Assembly: GCA_964532005.1 (NCBI GenBank)
Contig: CAZHER010000001.1
Coordinates: 55,502 to 119,501 of the forward strand
Length of the DNA: 64,000 bases
DNA from: an uncultured Candidatus Saccharibacteria bacterium
Lineage (GTDB): Bacteria > Patescibacteriota > Doudnabacteria > UBA920
Direction of reading: 5' to 3'
Each line of letters begins with the position of its first letter. The stretch's first letter is position 1. Made by a program: the position numbers and the translations under genes. The notes under the pieces were generated by a model. That model was given only the letters and a program-made list of their open reading frames with translations. It made no database searches and was not told the DNA's origin. This document shows, one piece after another, positions 1-9,848 of this stretch.

Positions 1-51
1 AGAGCAAAGTATGGAATAAACAAAGCATCGGATACAGGAGAGGTTAACACT

Positions 52-2691
52 TTGTATGTGATCCCGTTTTTGGGTTATGCCAGCTATTTGGTCCCTGGAA
101 CTACAAACGACGCAGCCTATTTCCCACCTAAAATCCCTGAGATAAGAGTAAAAGTATATGCAAACACTGATGCGGGTAGAGCAGCGTATTTAGCAGATAA
201 AGACAAACCACCAGAGGATAGTGACAACCAAGGAGGCACAAGTACCGCAGCCACTGGCGGCTCAGCAATTGGTGATATAATCAATCAATTTGTTACGATA
301 CAAATTCTGATATTTACCCGAATTATTTACTGGCTGTTTGCAAATGTTTTGGCCCCGTTGATTGAAGCTTTACTGCAAGTCCACCCATACAAAGACATTT
401 TTGTTGAGGTTATTTATTTAGGTTGGCAGTTGATCCGCAACCTTTGTAACATATTCTTTATTGTTGTTTTGCTTGTAATCGGTCTAGGAACTTTGTTCCG
501 GGTAGAAAACTATAATTATAAGCATTTGTTGGTTAAGGTTGTTATAGCAGCTTTGTTAGTCAACTTTAGCTTGGTATTTGGTCAAGCTATTCTAGGTGTT
601 GCCGATACAGTGCAAGCACAGTTTTTACCCGACAGTGCCAATGTTATTCGCGCTTTGGGCAGCAAGCTCATGGTAGATCCGATAAATACTCTTACTCAAG
701 ATGAAAATTTTAGAGTAGGAAACTCAACGAGCGCTGGGGCGTCTTTTGCCAATATCGCCCGTCCAATGTTTGCTTTTGCTTTGGCTTTAGGTGCATTTTT
801 TGCATTTATTGCTATTGCAGCATTTTTAGTGATTCGGTTAGTGGCTTTGTGGGTGTTGCTTTTGGTATCCCCAATTGCTTATGTGGCAAACATACTTCCA
901 ATGACCAGCAATTACGGCAAAGAGTGGTGGAATAAGTTTTTAAAATATGCTTTTATGACCCCTGTGCTGGCATTTTTCTTGAATTTAGCCGCTGTGTTTG
1001 CCACCACATTTTTAAAGGACCAAGCAAGCTTTCAGAAATTGATGAGCGCACAGAATGTTGAAGGAACTATTAGCGAGTTTGTTTTTCTTGCCGGTAGCCA
1101 AATTTTGGTAATTCTGTTTATTCTAGTGGGTCTAAAAGCTGCCGCCAGTTCAGGTACCTATGGTGCCGCTGCAGTTACAGAATTTGCCGAGAAAGGGATG
1201 AAGAAGCCGTTTCAATGGGCTGGTAGCAAAGCTTTGGCAGGGACCAAAGCCGGAGCTGAAAGAGGATTTGAGGCCATACAGAATAGAGCTGGAATTACCT
1301 TAGATCCGCGGTTGTTAAAAAAAGCTGGTTCAGAATATTTTGCCGAGCAAAAAGCAAAGCGCTTGCAAGCCAGAGCCACGCGTAATTTTATGGGTATGAA
1401 GCACGGCCCCAAACTAGGAGATGCTAAAAGTAATTTTGAAGCTTATGCCAATTGGCGCGGGTTCAAAAGAGCTGTTTCGAGCGGTCCTTTGGGTTGGCGC
1501 GGTGCTGGGTATTACCAAAAAAAATATAACGAGGCTTCACCTTATGCCAGCCTAAAGACCGATGCAGAAAGAAAGCTCATGACAGATAAACGTTTTTATA
1601 ATAATAAAGCTTTGAAAAATAGAGAACCAGACAAACAACGATTGGAAATAGAGCTTAAAACTGCTGAATCGGACTATAATGCAAATCCCAAAGATGATGC
1701 TAAAAGAGCAGCGTTCGAAGATAAGCAAAACGAGTACAAGCAGTTTATGAGAACCAAGATCAATCCGTTGACTGAAGAAAATGAAAAAATAACAGCTGAA
1801 TTGGACAAAGACGAGCAATTAAAAAAAGATCTTATTGACCCAAGGACAAAACAAAAAGGGATTGCGAGTTGGGATGACGATATGCAAAAAGAGTGGCGCG
1901 AAAAAAAGGAATCTTACGACAAAAAAATTACTGAAAGAAAAAGGCCGGAAGGCTATGCAGCTATTGCTGCTCACCACCACTTATTGAGCGATGAAGAAAA
2001 GAAAATTTCTCATATTGACGACTCCGATCGCTTAGTGCAGTTGTATAAAGATGCGTTTGCTCAAGGGGATAGATATAAAGCAGAAGCAGTACTTCACAAA
2101 CTTGCTAAAGATACCAATTTTAACGAAATTACCACAGAACTATATGGCGGGATGAGCAGGGATCATAGCAAAAGACTTTTTGAAGATTTTGGGGAGCATT
2201 TTGGAGTAGATGAACATGGGGTTTTAGAACTGGCTTCGGAAGTTGGGTATATAAATGAAGGGGTTAATATGTATAATGGCGCGCGTTTAACTACCGTGGA
2301 TAAGCATGGTCATATGAAATGGGCAGAAAAACAACAACATGAAGCTGCCATAGAAGCCCAAATGAAAAAGGTTGAGCCGCAAGGACAAGCTAGGAATTTT
2401 TGGCGAGGATCTTTTGTGGATGAGCAGCAAAACGACAAGGGCGGTAAAGATTTTACATTGCACGGTGCAGGTATCAAAATTCTTGAAGATTCATTGTCAA
2501 AAGGAGCAGGTTTGAGAGGCGTAGCCGAACGTATGCAAGAATATAACAGAAATGCTATTGCAAAAGCCATCAGAGACGAAGTAGAAAAAAATCCAGCCGC
2601 AGCACGTGAAAGTGTTAAAAAGCTATACAACAATAAAGATTTAATGAGAGCTCTAGAAATGGGTAAATATGATTCTAATGTTTCCAAATAA
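52..2691 (+). CDS. VirB6/TrbL-like polytopic membrane protein with long charged C-terminal extension (probably 5'-truncated by window edge)
   Basis: Multiple TM helices with 'GWQLIRNLCNIFFIVVLLVIG', 'ALLVNFSL', 'WWNKFLKYAF' pattern typical of VirB6-like proteins; upstream of PrgI/VirB4; called start is TTG near the window edge. Confidence 0.7.
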   Translation: MYVIPFLGYASYLVPGTTNDAAYFPPKIPEIRVKVYANTDAGRAAYLADKDKPPEDSDNQGGTSTAATGGSAIGDIINQFVTIQILIFTRIIYWLFANVLAPLIEALLQVHPYKDIFVEVIYLGWQLIRNLCNIFFIVVLLVIGLGTLFRVENYNYKHLLVKVVIAALLVNFSLVFGQAILGVADTVQAQFLPDSANVIRALGSKLMVDPINTLTQDENFRVGNSTSAGASFANIARPMFAFALALGAFFAFIAIAAFLVIRLVALWVLLLVSPIAYVANILPMTSNYGKEWWNKFLKYAFMTPVLAFFLNLAAVFATTFLKDQASFQKLMSAQNVEGTISEFVFLAGSQILVILFILVGLKAAASSGTYGAAAVTEFAEKGMKKPFQWAGSKALAGTKAGAERGFEAIQNRAGITLDPRLLKKAGSEYFAEQKAKRLQARATRNFMGMKHGPKLGDAKSNFEAYANWRGFKRAVSSGPLGWRGAGYYQKKYNEASPYASLKTDAERKLMTDKRFYNNKALKNREPDKQRLEIELKTAESDYNANPKDDAKRAAFEDKQNEYKQFMRTKINPLTEENEKITAELDKDEQLKKDLIDPRTKQKGIASWDDDMQKEWREKKESYDKKITERKRPEGYAAIAAHHHLLSDEEKKISHIDDSDRLVQLYKDAFAQGDRYKAEAVLHKLAKDTNFNEITTELYGGMSRDHSKRLFEDFGEHFGVDEHGVLELASEVGYINEGVNMYNGARLTTVDKHGHMKWAEKQQHEAAIEAQMKKVEPQGQARNFWRGSFVDEQQNDKGGKDFTLHGAGIKILEDSLSKGAGLRGVAERMQEYNRNAIAKAIRDEVEKNPAAARESVKKLYNNKDLMRALEMGKYDSNVSK

Positions 2692-2701
2692 GATATTGTA
2701 A

Positions 2702-4000
2702 ATGGCTTTAGATTTAACAGCACAATCTACAAAGGAATTTGTTCTTGAAAGGATCAAGGATGCTATTGAGTATGATGATCAGCAAGCTGCCGGAGAGGTG
2801 TTGAAAATTTTTCGGGAAGAAATGGTTGGGCAGTTGAGCAGGGTCGAAGCAGATCCAGAGTTATATAATTTATATAGGCAGTCGTGGATCACCGCTCAAT
2901 TTATCAAGTTATCCAGTATTCCCGAAGATGAGTTTTTCGATTTGATAAAAGAACACTTAATAGATGGGTTGAAGTTAAAAGATTACGATATAGTCGAGAA
3001 GATCGGTTTAAGAATATCTTTTATCCAAATTGAGGAAGATCAAGTAGTTTTTATGGAAAATCTTCTGGAGATAATACAGAAGAATAGCGGCGTTTTGGGT
3101 AGTAATAATTTGAAGTTAGGTGGTCGTACAGTTTTACCCACTATTGCAAACTGGTTATTGGACTACGACAATTACCCCTCGCAGTCAGCGCAAAAGTCAG
3201 ATTATGAGCAAATTGCCTATTTAAGTAAAAGCCCAAATGTCGCCGCGCTTTCCGATGAAGAAAAAAGGATTTTAATGGACATTCTTGACTGTTATGATTC
3301 ATTAAGAAATCTTTTAGCATATTATAAAAAATTGCCGGAAGTTGAGGATGATGAGATAAAGCCAGAAGATTTGCATTTGTATTACCCCGGAGCAATTTTC
3401 GTGGATGATTTAGAGAGCAACGGGCCTGCTGGTCCCGTAGAAAGTAGTACGAAAACAGGTGCTGAGACTGTTAAACCTGTTCCTGCTGTTGTACCCAAAA
3501 TAGAAACTCCGGCACCAAAATATCAACCCCCACTTGAACCTAAGCCAGCAGTGAAGCAGGACAGCTATGTTTTAGAAAAAACAGAGCCAAAACCCGAGCC
3601 TGCAAAAAGCGTGGCCGAACAAGTAAAAGAAGCGGTAGAGAAAAATGAGTATAAAGCGCCAGCAAGACCGTTGTTAAATATTCAGGATTTTTTGAACGAG
3701 CGGCATAATAAAAATAACAACCGGGGCGGTTTGGTGTTCGACGCCGCCGCGGTTCCAGTTTCGGGTTCGCATCAATCTGAAAAGCCCAAAGTCCCTCTTA
3801 CGTCAAAATCAGAACCCACACCAACTAATCCCAAAGTTAGTACAGAACCTGCTTTGCCAAAGGTCCCAGAAAATTTGCCAGTCAAAGCAGAATTAGCAAG
3901 AGCCTCTGCCACTCAACCATCAGCAGTTTCCAATCAGTCAGGCAAAACAGAAGAAATAGCAAAAAAATTAGAAGAGCTGAGAAAGCGCAAGAAAACATAA
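2702..4000 (+). CDS. Hypothetical protein, acidic helical N-domain plus Pro/Glu/Lys-rich disordered C-half
   Basis: 432 aa ORF tightly packed in T4SS-like operon. Confidence 0.75.
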   Translation: MALDLTAQSTKEFVLERIKDAIEYDDQQAAGEVLKIFREEMVGQLSRVEADPELYNLYRQSWITAQFIKLSSIPEDEFFDLIKEHLIDGLKLKDYDIVEKIGLRISFIQIEEDQVVFMENLLEIIQKNSGVLGSNNLKLGGRTVLPTIANWLLDYDNYPSQSAQKSDYEQIAYLSKSPNVAALSDEEKRILMDILDCYDSLRNLLAYYKKLPEVEDDEIKPEDLHLYYPGAIFVDDLESNGPAGPVESSTKTGAETVKPVPAVVPKIETPAPKYQPPLEPKPAVKQDSYVLEKTEPKPEPAKSVAEQVKEAVEKNEYKAPARPLLNIQDFLNERHNKNNNRGGLVFDAAAVPVSGSHQSEKPKVPLTSKSEPTPTNPKVSTEPALPKVPENLPVKAELARASATQPSAVSNQSGKTEEIAKKLEELRKRKKT

Positions 4001-4003
4001 AAT

Positions 4004-4762
4004 ATGCAGCCTCAACAAGCAGAGCGACTTAAAAGAATGATTAGCACTTCCACTATCCTGTCTCAGCAGGAAAAACAAGAGTGGATGGATTTGCTAATAG
4101 TGATGAACGACAAGCAAGTTTCGGAATTGGAAACTATTTTGACTGCGCCAGAAGAGCAAAAATCCAATTTGAGCCATATTTCAAATCTACCTTCTTCTGT
4201 TGCCCAAACAGTTTTAAAATCAAGTCCCGTACCAGTAGCCAAATATCCTTTATCTAAGCCGAGAATTGTAAAACCAACAGCGTTTAAAGATTGGGAAGCT
4301 AAATTAAGAAGAACTTTGCAGGAAAAAGAGTTGAGTTCCGGGCCAGATGAGAAAACTTTACCAGCACACGTGTTAGGCAATGCAATCCCCACCAAACGAG
4401 AAATAACTCAACCTAGATCCCAGGAAGCAACCCCTTTGCACAAGAGCGCTTTAGTTCATACGGAGCCAACAGTAAAAATAGTTGAACCTAAAGATGTTCA
4501 GAATTTGAATGTGGCGACTATGAAAGCAATGGGATCTCAACTAAACGAAGTGCTGAAAAAAGCTGTTTTGGCCTCAAATTATTTTGAAGTTTTATTTTAT
4601 TTAGAGAAAAGCCCCCTATATCAGGCATATTTGGCAACAGGACGGGAAGCCCTGAAAGATCCGGCTAATACTTTTCCTGCAACTTTGGATGGTAAACAGC
4701 TTTTGACAAAAGCTGAATTTGAAGCTTTTTCTGACCTGTTAAAATCGATGCAAACGGGGTAG
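4004..4762 (+). CDS. Hypothetical protein in T4SS-like locus
   Basis: 252 aa ORF starting 3 nt after upstream stop; helical ends, Pro-rich middle. Confidence 0.75.
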   Translation: MQPQQAERLKRMISTSTILSQQEKQEWMDLLIVMNDKQVSELETILTAPEEQKSNLSHISNLPSSVAQTVLKSSPVPVAKYPLSKPRIVKPTAFKDWEAKLRRTLQEKELSSGPDEKTLPAHVLGNAIPTKREITQPRSQEATPLHKSALVHTEPTVKIVEPKDVQNLNVATMKAMGSQLNEVLKKAVLASNYFEVLFYLEKSPLYQAYLATGREALKDPANTFPATLDGKQLLTKAEFEAFSDLLKSMQTG

Positions 4763-4788
4763 TTTTATGGTATAATTGAGGGGAAGAT

Positions 4789-5247
4789 ATGCAATATAAT
4801 GTTCCCCAATTTACTGATGTAGAAGACAAGCTGGTAGCCGGCTTGGGATTTAAGCAGTTTGGGATCTTGTTCGGAGTAGGGGTCCTGATGTTTTTAACTT
4901 GGAACATTACAAAAAGCGTAGCTTTGCTAATTATTGTTGGCGTATTTTTAGGACTTCCTGCTTTGGCCATAGTGTTTATTAAGGTTAACGGGCGTCCTTT
5001 ATACAATTCGTTGTTTGCCTTGGCAGGTTCCGCTTTTGAAGCAAAACATTTTGTTTTTCACAAGCAGGGCATGACGTTGGCCGAAAATAAAGAGACTGCG
5101 GTAATTAAAGAAGAGACGCCAGCCCAAGCCACTGGCACGGCAATGGTAAGAATAAAACAGCTAAATTATTTGTTACAGCAACAAGCATCAGAAGAACAAC
5201 TGCTCATTCAACATATAGCAGATGGAAACAAAACAAAAGAAACATAA
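4789..5247 (+). CDS. PrgI family protein (VirB3-like)
   Basis: 'MQYNVPQFTDVEDKLVAGLGFKQF', two TM helices, 'KVNGRP'; upstream of VirB4. Confidence 0.85.
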   Translation: MQYNVPQFTDVEDKLVAGLGFKQFGILFGVGVLMFLTWNITKSVALLIIVGVFLGLPALAIVFIKVNGRPLYNSLFALAGSAFEAKHFVFHKQGMTLAENKETAVIKEETPAQATGTAMVRIKQLNYLLQQQASEEQLLIQHIADGNKTKET

Positions 5248-5911
5248 TAAATCCGTAAATCCGACCCAGTCGTTTTTACGTACCAAAGAGATCAAAGGGG
5301 ACACCATGATCATGGATGACGGTACTTTGCGTGCTGTTTTAGCCGTGTCCTCAACTAATTTTGATCTGAAAAGTCAGAGCGAGCAAGATGCACTAATTTT
5401 TGCGTACCAAAGATTTTTAAATTCATTAGACTTTTCCATTCAAATATTAATGCAAAGCAGGCGAATGGATATCGCCAGTTATACCGAAAAGATTAAGGAT
5501 ATAATGGAGAAACAAACCAATGAATTGCTTCGGATGCAAACCGCAGAATATATTGAATTCGTTAACCGCTTGGTGGAAACTGGAAATATCATGAACAAGA
5601 ATTTTTATTGCATTATTTCGTATAATGAAAGTATTGGATCTGACAAGGTGGGGTTTTTTGCATCGTTATTTACTAAAAGCCGAGCCAAGGCCATTGCCCA
5701 AAGAGAAGCCAATTTTGAACACCATAAAGCAATGTTGGAAGAACGGGTGACCAGCGTTTCCAGCAATCTCAATGGCATGGGCTTGCGTGCTGTGAAACTC
5801 AACACAGAGCAGATAATAGAGTTGATTTATAACTCATATAATTTTGAATCAGCTCCACAGATCGATGCCAGCCAGCTGGAAAATGTCACTTTAACAGAAG
5901 AAACAAAATAA
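5222..5911 (+). CDS. TraC/VirB4 N-terminal-like protein of T4SS-like locus
   Basis: 'NFDLKSQSEQDALIFAYQRFLNSLDFSIQI' motif; located between PrgI and VirB4 ATPase. Confidence 0.75.
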   Translation: METKQKKHNKSVNPTQSFLRTKEIKGDTMIMDDGTLRAVLAVSSTNFDLKSQSEQDALIFAYQRFLNSLDFSIQILMQSRRMDIASYTEKIKDIMEKQTNELLRMQTAEYIEFVNRLVETGNIMNKNFYCIISYNESIGSDKVGFFASLFTKSRAKAIAQREANFEHHKAMLEERVTSVSSNLNGMGLRAVKLNTEQIIELIYNSYNFESAPQIDASQLENVTLTEETK

Positions 5912-5912
5912 A

Positions 5913-7754
5913 ATGGGATTATTTGATTTAAACGAAGAACAATTAAAGAAAAAGAAAGAAGAGCTGGGAAAGCTGAAGGGAACTCTGGATGAGAATGCCC
6001 GTCTGGCTGAAGTGGAAAAGAACTACCGAGAAGGGCTCACTACGTTAAAAGATCTACTGGCCCCTTCGGCTTTACATTTTGAAAGCAACAGGTTTCAGCT
6101 GAACAACAAGTATGCCAGAACTTTTTTCGTGCTCGCATATCCCAGAATGCTTTCTACTAACTGGCTGTCCTTTATTATCAACTCTGAGGGTGAGTTGGAT
6201 GTATCAATGTTTATTTACCCGATTGACTCAGCTGTTATTTTAAAAAAACTTAAGTCAAAAGTTGGAGAAATCGGTTCACAAATAAGCATAAACCAGGAAA
6301 AAGGAATGGTCAGGGATCCAATGCTGGAAACGGCGTATAAAGATGTCGAAAGCTTGCGCGATGACCTTTCGCAAGGCACAGAAAAATATTTCCGCTTCGC
6401 TTTATATTTCACTATTTATGCAGAAGATGAAAAGGAATTGGAGAAAAATTCTACAATCTTAGAAAGCTCCCTTGGCGCTAAACTTGTTGTCACCAAGAGG
6501 GCATTGTTTCAGACCGAGGCCGGGTTTAACTCCTCTTTACCTCTTGGGCTAGATGAATTGGACATTGCAAACAATTTAAATACCTCGCCGCTGTCCACAA
6601 CATTTCCCTTTGTATCTTCCGATTTAACAGGAAATGACGGAATTTTGTACGGAATAAACAGACACAACAACAGTTTGATTCTGTTTGATCGGTTTAAAAT
6701 GGAAAATGCGAACTTTGTTGTTTTTGCAAAATCTGGTGCTGGAAAATCATATGCTATTAAGCTCGAAGTTTTGCGTTCATTAATGGTAGGTACTGAAGTT
6801 ATTATAATTGACCCAGAAAATGAGTATAAGCATTTGTCCGACGCAGTGGGAGGCACCTACTTAGGAATTTCGCTAAACTCCGACTTCCGCATTAACCCTT
6901 TTGACCTGCCATCTGCAATAGAAGACGAAGATACCGCAGATATTTTACGCAGCGGCATTATTAACCTATTAGGCTTGTTTAACCTCATTCTAGGCAAGCT
7001 AGACCCTACAGAAGAGGCTCTGTTGGACAAGGCCCTATGGCAGACGTATGCTAAAAAAGACATCACTGAAGCTAGCGATTTACGCACTGTAGAGCCTCCT
7101 GTGATGGCAGATCTTATTGAAGTTTTGAACGATATAGTTGGGGCGGAAAGCTTGTCTCAGCGGTTGACCAAATTTACTGAGGGGACTTTTGCGGGACTGC
7201 TAAACCAACCAACTAATGTTACCTTAAACAATCAGTTGCTTACTTTTTCTATACGCGACTTGGAAGAAGAACTTCGCCCTATTGCTATGTATATTATTTT
7301 GGGGCATATATGGAACTTGGTTAGAAGCGAATTAAAGCGCCGAATTTTGGTTTTGGACGAAGCTTGGATTATGATGCAACACGAAGATTCCGCCAGGTTT
7401 GTATTTGGAATTGCCAAGAGATGTAGAAAGTATTATTTAGGACTGACCACCATAACCCAGGACGTAGCTGACTTTATGAGCAGCCCGTATGGTAAGCCGA
7501 TCGTGACGAACTCATCTATCCAGCTTCTATTAAAGCAAAGCCCGGCAGCTATCGAGGTTATTGCTGAAACATTTTTCCTAACCGAAGGAGAAAAATATTT
7601 GCTTCTGGAAAGCGAAGTCGGCGAAGGTATCTTCTTCGCCGGCCTAAAGCACGCCGCTATTAAAATATACGGCTCATACGTAGAGGACCAGATTATCACA
7701 ACAGATCCAAAACAGCTCTTGGAGATTAAGCAGAGCAAAGAAGAGGTAATTTAA
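5913..7754 (+). CDS. virB4: VirB4-like type IV secretion ATPase
   Basis: Walker A AKSGAGKS, IIIDPENEY, INPFD, Walker B LVLDEAW, 'RCRKY..TITQ'. Confidence 0.9.
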   Translation: MGLFDLNEEQLKKKKEELGKLKGTLDENARLAEVEKNYREGLTTLKDLLAPSALHFESNRFQLNNKYARTFFVLAYPRMLSTNWLSFIINSEGELDVSMFIYPIDSAVILKKLKSKVGEIGSQISINQEKGMVRDPMLETAYKDVESLRDDLSQGTEKYFRFALYFTIYAEDEKELEKNSTILESSLGAKLVVTKRALFQTEAGFNSSLPLGLDELDIANNLNTSPLSTTFPFVSSDLTGNDGILYGINRHNNSLILFDRFKMENANFVVFAKSGAGKSYAIKLEVLRSLMVGTEVIIIDPENEYKHLSDAVGGTYLGISLNSDFRINPFDLPSAIEDEDTADILRSGIINLLGLFNLILGKLDPTEEALLDKALWQTYAKKDITEASDLRTVEPPVMADLIEVLNDIVGAESLSQRLTKFTEGTFAGLLNQPTNVTLNNQLLTFSIRDLEEELRPIAMYIILGHIWNLVRSELKRRILVLDEAWIMMQHEDSARFVFGIAKRCRKYYLGLTTITQDVADFMSSPYGKPIVTNSSIQLLLKQSPAAIEVIAETFFLTEGEKYLLLESEVGEGIFFAGLKHAAIKIYGSYVEDQIITTDPKQLLEIKQSKEEVI

Positions 7755-7770
7755 AAGGAAAGCCGCAGAC

Positions 7771-9834
7771 ATGCTTTTACTAGACGGCTCCAATAACAAA
7801 TCTGGGGGTGATTCATTCAAAAAATATTTGGCAGACCAGGCTAAAAGAGAAGTTTTGAATCGCTCTCAAGATTACTTAAACGAAAACTTCTCCGACAGCG
7901 GAGATGATTTTGATTTTTCTGACGCTTTAGACGGAGGGTCGATTAAGGATTCCTTAAAATCCAACTTGAAGAAGCGGGCGAAAAAAGAAATAATTGGCCG
8001 TTCCCAAGATTACTTAAACAAAAATCTCTCCGACAGCGGAGATGATTTTGATTTTTCTGCATTAGATCAAGGGAGCTCGGTAAAAGATGTTCTAAAAGAT
8101 AATTTGAAGAAGCGGGCGAAAAAAGAGTTACTGCAAAGATCCCAAGACTATTTAAATGAAAAAAATCCTTTTGGTGAAGAAGGGGGAGGAAAGTTTGATT
8201 TTGCAGATAATGCCGGTGATAAGTCTCTAAAACAAATTTTTAAGGACAACGCAAAGGATATAGCTAAAGATCAATTGGCAAAACAAGGAGAAAGACTTTT
8301 TGATTATGCTCAAGAACAAAATCCCAGACTAGGAGGTTTGCGAGAAGCGTTTTATGATCCCAAAAATGACGACTTTTCCAAAAGATTTGCTGGAATTAAA
8401 GGCACAAATAAAGAAAAAATAAAAAAGCAGGTAGAACAAATACTGGACGAAGAGGGTAAAGAAGCTTTAAAGAAAAGGATTAAAAAAGAGATTGAACAGT
8501 ATTTAGAAAAATATGGAAAAAGGACTGCAACTGAGGAGGCACAACATTTAGCTAACAAAGGATTAAAGTATGGGGTCAGGAGAGGTGTTACCAAAACTGC
8601 AAAAACTGCTGTTAAGACAGGTATAGAATCAGCTGCAAAAACTGGAATCAAAGCCGGAGCCAATGTTGGTGCCAAGGTTGGGGCTACGGCAACAGCAGAA
8701 GTCGGCTTGGAAGCAGGTGCAGAATTCTTAGGAGCAGCCGGTGCTGTAGAAACTTTCGGCATCAGCGAAATACTTGCACAGCTAATTGTTATTGCAATAA
8801 GTTTGGGTATATCAGATGCAATTGATGGTGCGGAATGTTTATTGAAAAGGGATTACAAGCAAGCTTTTCATTTTTTCTTGCGAGCCGCAACTAAAATAGG
8901 AGTTTTTATTTTATTTATAGTAATTACAATAATAAGTTTTGCTATTTTAAATATTTTTGGTTTATTAATACCAGTTATCTTAATCGATCTGTATTGGTCG
9001 CTTAGTGCTATTCCTTTTGTACAAGATATGGCTTTGGCTCAAGGTTTAGTTTGGTGGGAAAAGCTAATTATAGTGTTAATGAACCTGTTAATAATTTTTG
9101 CCATAGGTTTGTATACCCTAATGGGCTTGTATATTTGGTGTAATATAGGGTCATTGGCAGGTACTACTGTTGGGGGACCTGTTGGCACAGTGATCGGGGG
9201 AGTAATAGATACGGCAACAACAGCAAAAGGGTCTTATTGTGAAGCGTTTCAAAAAGTGGGCTCCAGCACAGGAGGTTCAGGAGGGGGTCAAACTGGGGAT
9301 GGAGGCGGAGGCCAGACTGGCGGCCAGATCCCATCGGGAATGGTAGATGCTAAAACCGTGGTGCCGGACTTAGTGGTGGAAATGCGTTATGCCACGACCA
9401 ACAATTTCATGAACAAAGTTTTGTATAAAGCAGAGGGCACGCCAGGAAACAGGTGTTTGCTCAAAAGTTCGGTTGCTGATAATTTAAAGAAAGCACAAAC
9501 TGCCCTGGCGCAAAAAACCCCTGCAGGAATGAAGTTAAAGGTTTTGGATTGCTACAGGCCTGTTGAAGTACAACAAGAAATGTATGACTGGGGCAAGCCG
9601 TTGGGACATGTCCCAAAATACATTGCTGAACCAGGAAGCGGCAAGCATCCAAAAGGTGAAGCTATTGACTTAACTATAGTAGACAGTAGCGGAAAAGAAC
9701 TTTCTATGCCTTCAGATTTTGACGAGTTTTCTTCTAGAGCAGGCGGTTCAAATGCCAACTCACGCATTTTGGAACAGGTTATGGGAGCGGGCGGATTGAG
9801 CCGTATAGCCAGCGAGTGGTGGCACTTTAATTAA
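7771..9834 (+). CDS. Membrane protein with N-terminal repeats and C-terminal M15D (VanX/DdpX-like) Zn peptidase domain
   Basis: C-terminal 'MRYATTNNF', 'DCYRPVEVQ', 'HPKGEAIDLT', 'MPSDFDEFS', 'EWWHF'; central TM segments; Gly-rich linker. Confidence 0.85.
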   Translation: MLLLDGSNNKSGGDSFKKYLADQAKREVLNRSQDYLNENFSDSGDDFDFSDALDGGSIKDSLKSNLKKRAKKEIIGRSQDYLNKNLSDSGDDFDFSALDQGSSVKDVLKDNLKKRAKKELLQRSQDYLNEKNPFGEEGGGKFDFADNAGDKSLKQIFKDNAKDIAKDQLAKQGERLFDYAQEQNPRLGGLREAFYDPKNDDFSKRFAGIKGTNKEKIKKQVEQILDEEGKEALKKRIKKEIEQYLEKYGKRTATEEAQHLANKGLKYGVRRGVTKTAKTAVKTGIESAAKTGIKAGANVGAKVGATATAEVGLEAGAEFLGAAGAVETFGISEILAQLIVIAISLGISDAIDGAECLLKRDYKQAFHFFLRAATKIGVFILFIVITIISFAILNIFGLLIPVILIDLYWSLSAIPFVQDMALAQGLVWWEKLIIVLMNLLIIFAIGLYTLMGLYIWCNIGSLAGTTVGGPVGTVIGGVIDTATTAKGSYCEAFQKVGSSTGGSGGGQTGDGGGGQTGGQIPSGMVDAKTVVPDLVVEMRYATTNNFMNKVLYKAEGTPGNRCLLKSSVADNLKKAQTALAQKTPAGMKLKVLDCYRPVEVQQEMYDWGKPLGHVPKYIAEPGSGKHPKGEAIDLTIVDSSGKELSMPSDFDEFSSRAGGSNANSRILEQVMGAGGLSRIASEWWHFN
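7840..8210 (+). repeat. Three in-frame tandem repeats, 138-nt (46-aa) period
   Basis: 'caaga(t/c)ta' at 7867, 8005, 8143; peptide repeat AK(K/R)E..RSQDYLN....FDF. Confidence 0.85.
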
Positions 9835-9848
9835 CAGCAATAAAGATT

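Noticed and set aside
9330-9834. vanX vancomycin-resistance gene
   Set aside because: The domain is fused to a membrane protein and no vanH/vanA/vanRS genes are present
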